Made by a program: the position numbers and the translations under genes
In this document: positions 49,140 through 64,000 of the stretch, one piece after another
Position numbering within the stretch: the first letter of the stretch is position 1
Layout: each line of letters begins with the position of its first letter
Notes under the pieces: generated by a model
What the model saw: only the letters and a program-made list of their open reading frames with translations
Databases searched by the model: none
What the model was told of the DNA's origin: nothing
NCBI RefSeq assembly: GCF_035084215.1
Contig: NC_090365.1
Coordinates: 8,308,001-8,372,000, forward strand
Length of the DNA: 64,000 nucleotides
Source of the DNA: Heptranchias perlo
Lineage: Eukaryota
Direction: 5' to 3'

Positions 49140-49760
49140 GCTTGATTGACATCAGAACAAGCCAATCAGCTCGGCTCATCGGCTTCGCCTCATCCAATCA
49201 TTCATGGCCGTTGCCCTAAGGGGCGGGATTTCCGGTCCGAAAATTCGATTAGTAAGAAGAATTGGACAGCGACCAGGTGAGATTTTCCCGCCGGTGAGGA
49301 GCATTAAACCGGCGGAGGACCGAGAATAATTCGGCCCGCGAGACCTCACGGTGCGGCCGCTTTTTTTTTTATTACCGTCAGCCGCCGAATTGGCGCGTTT
49401 TTTTTCCGCTTCGTTGATTGACAGCTCGGGCAGCCAATCGGTAAGCGGCTTGCGGCCAGAACCGACCAATCCGGAGCGGGGGGGAGCGGGACATCCGGTG
49501 CGTGCGGGCAGCGGGCGGTTTGTCGGTTGGGAGTCCGCGAGAATCCGCCTCAATCGGTGAGTTGGCGGCGGCATCGGCGGCCGAGACCGGGCGGGGCCGC
49601 GCCGCCCGAACCCTCTCCGTCTTTGACGGTCGATATTGCGCTTGGATTATAGGGCCCGGAGGCCGCGAACTTACCGGCTGTTGTGGAGCAGGCCTCTGGC
49701 CGGCTTCAGCGGGGTGTCGGGGTTAGAGGTCCCCGCCGGGCGGTTGCTTCCGGGTTCACG
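49140..49760. promoter_or_regulatory. CpG-island bidirectional promoter of ACTMAP and SNRPA
   Basis: CpG-rich. CCAAT/ATTGG at 49162, 49194, 49261, 49389, 49434, 49466; E2F-like TTTCCCGC at 49284. Opposing first-exon donors: gtgagg on - at 49349, gtgagt on + at 49557. Confidence 0.8.
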
Positions 49761-50535
49761 GTGCCTGTGGGCGGGATACCCCCTTTTACCCCAGACCACC
49801 AGCCCTGGCTTGGCTGCCCAGCCCCAGTGAGGGTTTGTGCCCGACCCCAGCCTGCCCCTCCCAGCGCTGCACCACTTTGCGCCCTGGGGTGGTGGTGGTG
49901 TTGGTGGGTTGGGTATGGAGACACCAGGTGCCCCACCCACCCACCCAGCCCTACCCTGGGGCAGCTCCTCCGCTCTTGTTTTCCCTGGGATGTGGGCGAT
50001 GCTGGCACAGCTCCATTTAGTGCCCACTTCAGGGCATCCGGTCAAGCGCACGGTTGGCACTAGTGCCCAGCGATGGGCTCCCTTCCCTGGGAGGGCGTTA
50101 GTGAACCAGTTGGGTTTGAATGATTATCTTTTAGTCATTTATTTGTTTGGTCCAAACCAAAACTTTTCCAGATTCGTTGAATTCGATTTCACAACTTGCC
50201 ATGGTGGGAATTGAGCTCACAACTTCTGGGTTGTTAGCTCTACACCGTGACTTTTTTTATTCGTTCATGGGATGTGGGCATCGCTGGCGAGGCCAGCATT
50301 TATTGCCCATCCCTTGAGAAGGTGGCGGTGAGCCGCCTTCTTGAACCGCTGCAGTCCGTGTGGTGAAGGTTCTCCCTATTTATTACCCAATGTAGTCACG
50401 TATGCTGTGACTGTGTATATTTCTGTCTCGTCACAAAGTAATGGAGAAAAGGATTTTTTTTTTTTTTGCAGAGACTGCTTTTGGCTGTGATTTTTCACTC
50501 TCATTTTAAAATTTCAGTTGCTCCAGTGAAGAGGG

Positions 50536-56318
<5,783 letters not shown>

Positions 56319-56433
56319 GGGGTCGGGAGGATTGAACTGGTTAACTCTGGCTTTGTTTTCAGAAGCCGTTACTCCTGGGTTTTTTTTTTAGTGCAGTAAC
56401 TGGTTTGTGTATTAGATTAAAGTTCTGATGCTT

Positions 56434-56442
56434 CAGGTAAGT
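56434..56442 (+). promoter_or_regulatory. U1 snRNP binding site in SNRPA 3' UTR
   Basis: CAGGTAAGT, perfect complement of the U1 snRNA 5' end, 115 nt after the stop codon. A U1 site upstream of PIE is known in mammalian U1A. Confidence 0.65.
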
Positions 56443-56839
56443 GGAGAGACCCCCTCGGGTTCCTCATGTTCCAGCATCGCGCTGGCCTGTGTGAACGAGG
56501 CAAGCTTCTGTTTTAATGGGGTGGATACGATCTGTAAACCTGCTGAGGGACCACTGCCTGGGGCCGTTCAGATTGTTGTGTATGTTGTTATCCTCTCCTT
56601 GCCCCATTCCACCCTGGGTACATCCCAGAGGGCCTGTCAAATCGAAATAATTCACTTCCCTTTTGAATGCTGTTCAGGAGCTGATTACATGGCTTTACCC
56701 TGAGTGGAGGAATTGGATGGACTTTAACTCCTGCTCATGCTTTTTTTTTAAAATTTGACTGCCCCCGTTTGACTGTATTTTTGAGCGAATGAATGTGTCT
56801 GACTGGCTGAGGTAACAGTTTGGCTTAATCGCACGTAAG

Positions 56840-56910
56840 AAAGCTGTTCACCCAGAGTCTCCGTGACATTGCACCTGGAGCTTTCGAACTTATTGGACTA
56901 ACTGAATAAA
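56840..56910 (+). promoter_or_regulatory. SNRPA 3' UTR polyadenylation inhibition element (PIE) and poly(A) signal
   Basis: AAAGC-TGTTCAC-CCAG-A-GTC-tccgt-GAC-ATTGCAC-CTGG-A-GCTTT folds into the three-stem, two-internal-loop PIE. AATAAA at 56905-56910. Confidence 0.88.
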
Positions 56911-59779
56911 AAGTTTTTTTTTATAACCTGCTGTGAGTGTTTATTTATCACCGAGCTCTCGTACTTTACAGGGTTATGGTTATGGAACATTTTCTCTACA
57001 TCTGCCCTATCCAACCCTTTCATAATCTTAAAAGACCTATTAGGTTGCTCCTCAGCCTTCTCTTTTCCAGAGAAAAGAGCCCCATCCTGTACAGGAGCTG
57101 TCACTGAGACACTCATGGACAGTACAGTACCAGATAGGAGTGAATTGTTCCCTTTTACATGCTGTGTAGGAGCTGGCACTGAGACACACTCTGATAAGAG
57201 TAGAGATATACACTCCCTTTTTGTGGAATAAGCCCATTAGGGCTGGGTTTTGTTGGGTGACTGCAGTGGGGGGAAACTACGTGATAGAAATTCTCATTGC
57301 CCACTGTGTTTTCCCATGGTGGTGTCTTGTGATGGGATTGAGGAGCAAGTGGAATGACGTGTAGGACTAGCCCTGCTTAACCGGTAAGTACAGCAGGGGA
57401 GGAAAGAGCATGTGTAGCGTGAGGGGTACGAGTGGGTTGTGAACCCTGTGAAAGTAGCTGGAATTGTAAGTGCTGCATCAGTGCTTCATGTACTGAGCCT
57501 GGTCTGCTGCTGATTTAATCAGCCTGTTACCAGCACTGTAGGAAGCACTCCTACTGTTGCAGCTTCAGAACAGTCCCTGGCGTTTGCTCAGGGTGCTCAG
57601 TACAATAGGGGCAGCTAAACCCCAAGTTTCCAGATTTTCCCAACTACAGCTCAGTTAGCAAAAAAGACCAAGCAGCTTGTGTGTTCACAGCTCGGTAAGG
57701 ATTTTGAACATTGGGTCAAACTCCATTTTACTCTTGAACTACTGGACGATTCACTAGAAAGGATTCAGACATTCACTTGGATTGCACATTTACAGTTGGT
57801 TTGAAAGCAAGGGTTAACTTGCCCGGGACATTACAGTATAAATGCGAAACAGCGGAATGCAGACTATTAAACTGATATCCAACCGTTCAGTTTAAACACT
57901 GCAGGAGCAATACAGTACAGAAACTGCGACGGTCAATAACAACTGATAAGGCGAAGCTTTCAGAAGGTTTTCGATGTCGACAACAGCGAAGAACAAAGAC
58001 CTGATCGGACAACTGGCTTCACGTAGAGAGGAGGCTACAAGGGGTTCATACAGTCCGTGAGTAGTACAACAAGCATCCATTTTAATACTATGGACAAATT
58101 GGGCCTTCTCATAACTTGGTTCACACCCATTTGCTCAGAAACATAAAAATAAGATGTCGTAGCAGTCAAAACAACAGATATCGAAGAAGCTTCCAGAGTT
58201 AATGACTGTGGCATAAGCTCCTCCAACAAGGCTTTGTTTCTGAACTTTGACAAAAAGACTTTGATTCTGAGCTTTAACCAAACCACTTTGTCACTAAACT
58301 TTGATGAAAAGACAAACCCTGATGATAAGAACCTCGACACATCATTCAACACATCTCTTAATAATGCACCTATTTCTGCAGCAATTGCTGCCCTACTTCT
58401 AGACCTAGACGGCTGCTTTGATGCATAAGGTATATGCTACTTGCTTTGTGCCTGCTCATGTACTCTTTTAAGTCATTAAGCAAGGAACGCCACCACTTGT
58501 TTTATCAGGTAGAGCAATCCTTGCATTAATTGAGTTGCTTCATGCTTGCTATGTCCTCTTTTTAAATGACTAAATAAAGAACCACTTTGATTCACAAAAC
58601 CACTGGGTCAGGTGGCTTTCTTTGCCTGAACAATCATCCAGATCCATGCATCTCTGGGAAAGACCCGAAATTCCCTGCAGCTGTGCCTGTATCTGAAGGA
58701 CTTGCATTGAAAATGTTACTGTTCCTGTTCCATCCAACCCAGTTCCAAAATAAATTCCAAGACCTTAGTGAGGGATTGGAGTGTTACCCTGTGTAAAGTG
58801 AGGTTTGTTTGTGCTAAATACTCCAGGCAGCACAAGCTGTCCTGGGGCCACTTGCTTAGCTGAAGAGACTGGCTGCTTTCACTGGTGTTTGTTTCTGCTG
58901 ATGTTGAAGTAAATACTGGGGTATTTTGTAATCCTTCCCTCCCTGCTCTTAATGCTTCTGCCACTTGGTTCTGCAGATTTAACACTCCCACCTGGTGCTA
59001 ACTGATGTGGGGATTTCTCTGAAAGGGTGAGTGGCGGAGGCACTGGATGAGACACTCGCCTGACAGCGAGGTCCATATACAGCCCTGCCTGTAATGAGTG
59101 GGTAGTCTCGGTCCGTTCTGCAGCAGCTTGGACCGACAGCAGAAAACTGGCAATCAGACTCGTCATGGGACAGCTGGTGTGAGAAATGGCTAATTGTCAC
59201 AGTGGTGCAGTAGGAGAGTGGGACGGTGTAGAGGGAGCTTTATTCTGTATCCAACTTGTGCTGTTCCTGCCCTGGGAGTGTTTGATGGGACAGTGCAGAG
59301 GGAGCTTTACTCTGTATCTAACCTGTGCTGTACCTGCCCTGGGTGTATTGATTTTGTGTACCATTCCTAGCTCCGTTAAATGGTGTGAGAGGGTTGTGTT
59401 GTGTTAGAGGCAAATATATCCGAAGGAAGGTGAGATCTTTTAAAAACAAACCACTCAATAATATTCCAAACACAAGCTTTTCAAATCCAACTCAAACAGC
59501 AGATTTAGAGAAATATTTTTATTCCGTGTATGGAAGGTGTAAACACATCTCTTCCTACCATGCTTTATAAAAAGGTAATTGTCCTTATGACTTTTGCTTC
59601 AAGCCAGTTGCTGTCGGGAAGGACATTCCACAAAGTTTTTAGGTTGGCAAAACCAATCCATTAAGCTTAGCAAACATTGGCTGGGGCTCCCGGGAGGCCA
59701 CAGTTCCAGTATTTTACCCAAAGCTGCCTCCTCTCTCCCAGTAAGCTGAGGGTTCAGAATGTTTGCTGGCTGGAACAAA

Positions 59780-62700
59780 ATGCAGACCGAGATGTCTCTG
59801 ACAGCATCGGCCTTTTGCATGATTGTTTTCTGCACCGCTGGTGTCTTTTCCACGAGGGGAGAAGTGAGGCATAAACTGGCGGACAGGAAGCTGTGCGCAG
59901 ATGAAGAATGCAGCCGTGAGTAATCCTCAAAAAGCAGCTGAACTAAATGGCCTTTGCTTTAAATGAAATGCAGCATCTTGGGAGGGAGCAGCGTTATCAA
60001 ATGTCCCTTGTTTTAACTGAAGAGTTTATGCAAGGAATGAAAAAAAAATCAATTTTTCATAGAATCGTACGGCACTGGAGGCCATTCGGCCCATCGTGCC
60101 TGTGCCGGCTCTTTGAAAGAGCTGTCCAATAAGTCCCACTCTCCCTGCTCTTTCCCCGTAGCCCTGCAAATTTTTCCCCTTCAAGTATTTATCCAATTCC
60201 CTTTTGAAAGTTACTATTGAATCTGCTTCCACCGCCCTTTCAGGCAGCGCATTCCAGATCATTACAACTCGCTGCGTAAAAAAAATTCTCATTTCCCCAC
60301 TGAGGTGTCTCTGACAATATCGGTCTTTTGCGTGATTGTTTTCTGCACCTTTGGTTCTTTTGCCAACTATCTTAAATCTGTGTCCTCTGGTTACCGACCC
60401 TCCTGCCAGTAGAAACAGAGCAAATAGGGAGAAACTATCATAACCCTTCATAATTTTGATAAGAATAAATAAGGAGAAACCAGTTTCCACTGGCAGGAGG
60501 AATTAACAGCATTACAACAGTCGGCTGCTGATTTCACTTTGACGATCCTTGTCTTTTCTTTTCCCGTCCATTCCTGTAGGAAGCTGGCAGCTTTCACTCG
60601 GAGCCTTTGCTGGACTTGTCGGTCCATCGCTGGCTCTGGTTTCTCTGCTGAAGATACAGTTCCATGGCTGGCCTCCTCTACCTCACCATTCTTGCGGTGT
60701 GGGCTTAGACTCCTGAGTGTTGGCCGGCTTACTCTCTTAAAAGACTGTCACAGCCAAGATCGATCTTATCCGTCCCCCCAAACATCCCAATACGTGCGTT
60801 GGATAGCGATCAGGAGCAGGGACCCTGTCTGATTTTTTTCCCTCAGAGCGCTGATAAATAATGGCTGGGTTATTCTGGGCTTCGTTCTGAGCTAAAGTTG
60901 CCCAGCCAGGACACTGTGCGCACTGTTTAAACATTCTCCGCTCTGTTTTTCTTGTAGATCCCATTTCAATGGCTCGGGCGCTGGCAGATTACACGGGTCC
61001 TGACTGCAGATTCATCAACATCCGCCAAGGACAAATCGTTTATGTGTATGGGAAACTCAAAGGGAAGGGACGCAATTTCTGGCAAGGGACTGTGAGTCTG
61101 AGGCAGAGTCTGCACAGTTAGTTTAGGTGCTCGATGCTGAGACTGATTCCTGCCCATCACTAGCATTTGGCTCTGGGACTGACTTTGGCACCTCCGGTGC
61201 CCACTGCCAGTGTTTAGGCTCTGAGTCTGTCTGGTGCCACTGTTTGAACTGTGAGACTGACTGATATCTGTGTTTGGGCTGTGGGACTGCCTGGTGTCTG
61301 TGTTTGGGCTGTGAGACTGACCGGTGTCTGTGTTTGAGCTGTGAGACTGACTGATATCTGTGTTTGGGCTGTGAGACTGACCGGTGTCTGTGTTTGGGCT
61401 GTGAGACTGACTGGTGTCTGTGTTTGGGCTGTGAGACTGACCGATGTCTGTGTTTGAGCTGTGAGACTGACCGATGTCTGTGTTTGGGCTGTGGGACTGA
61501 CCGATGTCAGTGTTTGAGCTGTGAGACTGACTGATATCTGTGTTTGGGCTGTGAGACTGATCGGTGTCTGTGTTTGAGCTGTGAGACTGACTGATATCTG
61601 TGTTTGGGCTGTGAGACTGACCGATGTCTGTGTTTGGGCTGTGGGACTGACCAGTGTCTGTGTTTGGGCTGTGAGACTGACCGATGGCTGTGTTTGAGCT
61701 GTGAGACTGACCGATGTCTGCGTTTGGGCTGTGGGACTGACCAGTGTCTGTTTGGGCTGTGGGATAGACCGGTGTCTGCGTTTGGGCTGTGAGACTGACC
61801 GATGGCTGTGTTTGGGCTGTGAGACTGACCGATGTCTGTGTTTGAGCTGTGAGACTGACCGGTGTCTGTGTTTGGGCTGTGAGACTGACCGGTGTCTGTG
61901 TTTGAGCTGTGAGACTGACTGATATCTGTGTTTGGGCTGTGAGACTGACCGATGTCTGTGTTTGGGCTGTGGGACTGACCAGTGTCTGTGTTTGGGCTGT
62001 GGGACTGACCGATGGCTGTGTTTGGGCTGTGGGACTGACCGATGGCTGTGTTTGGGCTGTGGGACTGACTGGTGTCTGTGTTTGGGCTGTGGGACTGACC
62101 GGTGTCTGTGTTTGGGCTGTGGGACTGACCGATGTCTGTGTTTGGGCTGTGAGACTGACCAGTGTCTGTGTTTGGGCTGTGGGACTGACCGGTGTCTGTT
62201 TGGGCTGTGGAATAGACCGGTGTCTGCGTTTGGGCTGTGGATCTGCCCAGTGTCTGTGTTTGGGCACTTTGGCACTTCTGGTGCCCACTGCCAGTGTTTA
62301 GGCTCTGAGTCTGTCTGGTGCCACTGTTTGAACTGTGAGACTGACTGATATCTGTGTTTGGGCTGTGGGACTGACCGATGTCTGTGTTTGGGCTGTGGGA
62401 CTGACCGATGTCTGTGTTTGAGCTGTGAGACTGACTGATATCTGTGTTTGGGCTGTGAGACTGACCAGTGTCTGTGTTTGGACTGTGGGACTGCCCAGTG
62501 TCTGTCTTTGGGCTGTGGGACTGACCAGTGTCTGTGTTTGGACTGTGGGACTGCCCAGTGTCTGTGTTTGGGTGTGGGACAGACCGGTGTCTGCGTTTGG
62601 GCTGTGGGACAGACCGGTGTCTGCGTTTGGGCTGTGGGACAGACCGGTGTCTGCGTTTGGGCTGTGGGACTGACCAGTGCTGTGTTTGGGCTGTGGGACT

Positions 62701-63795
62701 GCCCAGTGTCTGTGTTTGGGCTGTGGGACTGACTACAGGATGCACTGCAGCAACTCGCCAAAGCTTCTTCGACAGCACCTCCCAAACCCGCGACCTCTAC
62801 CACCTAGAAGGACAAGGACAACAGGCGCATGGGAACAACACCACCTGCACATTCCCCTCCAAGTCACACACCATCCCGACTTGGAAATATATCGCCGTTC
62901 CTTCATCGTCACTGGGTCAAAATCCTGGAACTCCCTTCCTAACAGCACTGTGGGAGAACCTTCACCACACGGACTGCAGCGGTTCAAGAAGGCGGCTCAC
63001 CACCACCTTCTCCAGGGCAATTAGGGATGGGCAATAAATGCCGGCCTCGCCAGCGACGCCCACATCCCATGAATAAATTAAAAAAACCTCAGGCCCCAAA
63101 ATTAGCCACAATCCGATCACAGCCGCCCTCAGTTGGAGAGGAGAGGAGAGGCCACCAGTGTCCATTACAGCAATAGTTTGTAATAAAATATCCCAGGATA
63201 GAGTGACTTTATTTGGGACATCTGCTTTACTTTATTGTTGTGTAGAGTTTACTGGGAGGGGGTAAGACTCGGTACTAGGATGGATTCACTGGGGGGAGGT
63301 GGATTTGTTTGTAAGTGTTGTTTCACTGTGTACACAGCGACACATTCATTCAGCACTCAGTCAGGCTGCAGCTTGAACATCGCAGTACAGAAAACACCCC
63401 GTGGGAGCATGCAGCGATACCCCCCGGCCAGGGAATGCCCACTGGGACCATGGAGCGAAACTCCCCCAGGAAATATCGGCAGGGAGCCTGGAGCAGATGT
63501 GGAAAGACTGTACCTCCCACTCCCTCTCCTGGAAGTCTCAGGACTGCGGGACTGACCAGTGTTTGTGTTTGGGCTGTGGGACTGACCACTGTCTGTGTTT
63601 GGGCTGCGGGACTGACCACTGTCTGTTTGGGCTGCGCGACTGACCACTGTTGAGGCTGTGCGACTGACCAATGTCTGTGTTTAGGTTCAAGGTGATTATT
63701 TTGGGGAGCAGTCTGGAATTCTTGGATTTTTCCCAAATTCGGTTGTGCAAGAGATCCAACATCTGGGGACAGAGGTTGTGGAACTGCCTACGGTT
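59780..63795 (+). CDS. MIA: Melanoma inhibitory activity / CD-RAP (secreted SH3-like), partial: join(59780..59915,60958..61091,63685..63795); last exon not found in window
   Basis: Hydrophobic signal peptide, then KLADRKLCADEECSHPISMARALADYTGPDCRFINIRQGQIVYVYGKLKGKGRNFWQGTVQGDYFGE...LGFFPNSVV. GT-AG junctions; position after SNRPA matches human. In-frame ATGs at 59759, 59780 and 59792 make the start uncertain. Confidence 0.9.
61247..62734. repeat. 30-bp minisatellite in MIA intron 2; resumes at 63541-63684
   Basis: gactgaccggtgtctgtgtttgggctgtga units; the flank 61183-61260 is repeated internally at 62267-62345. Confidence 0.95.
62735..63086 (+). mobile_element. 3' fragment of the same LINE family as 7755-8657, next to the MIA intron-2 minisatellite
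   Basis: YRMHCSNSPKLLRQHLPNP... and ...cacatcccatgaataaattaaaaaa tail; reverse complement of 7757-8110. Confidence 0.85.
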
Positions 63796-64000
63796 GTAAG
63801 TGTATTTTACTTCTTTACAGAATTCTTTCCTTTACATTTATTGTCCATTCGGTGTCTGCTGGCAGTGGGGCGATGGTTTGTACCATACCCTGTCCACAGT
63901 GACCCCCGTTGGTAAGTACGTGTGTGTGTTGGACTGGATTATGATGCTTCCTACAGTGGACTAGTCTGCTGCCACTCCTGGGCTAGGCTTATACATGAAG

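Noticed and set aside
60966-62803. Mucin-like or His-rich ORFs
   Set aside because: 30-bp minisatellite antisense to MIA intron 2.
63811-63917. Final MIA exon (acceptor ttacag at 63820, donor gtaagt at 63912)
   Set aside because: The intron would be only 25 nt and the peptide lacks the expected WDFYC-like ending; the true last exon is probably beyond the window.

Overview
Vertebrate genomic DNA, very likely a shark or other cartilaginous fish (inferred from the CR1/L2/Tx1 LINEs, Deu-domain SINEs and minisatellite types). It holds five spliced host genes whose human orthologues lie on 19q13: GEMIN7 (+), YIF1B (+, 8 coding exons), ACTMAP/C19orf54 (-, 6 coding exons, one U12-type intron), SNRPA/U1A (+, 6 coding exons, head-to-head with ACTMAP) and MIA (+, exons 1-3; last exon not found in the window). 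The first 18 kb is a tandemly triplicated segment with two truncated GEMIN7 pseudogene copies, 33-bp minisatellites, a full-length two-ORF CR1 LINE, a 5'-truncated L1/Tx1 LINE and a short Penelope-like insert carrying a minimal hammerhead ribozyme. Best observations: a U1A autoregulatory PIE with one degenerate box plus a perfect U1 site in the SNRPA 3' UTR; the U12 intron; minisatellites built from splice-signal sequence; a CR1 whose ORF1 and ORF2 share one frame; and a piece of MIA exon 1 copied into a LINE. I found no wholly new biological system. Most long ORFs in the track are minisatellite artefacts. All identifications are by eye and from remembered protein/RNA families, not database searches.
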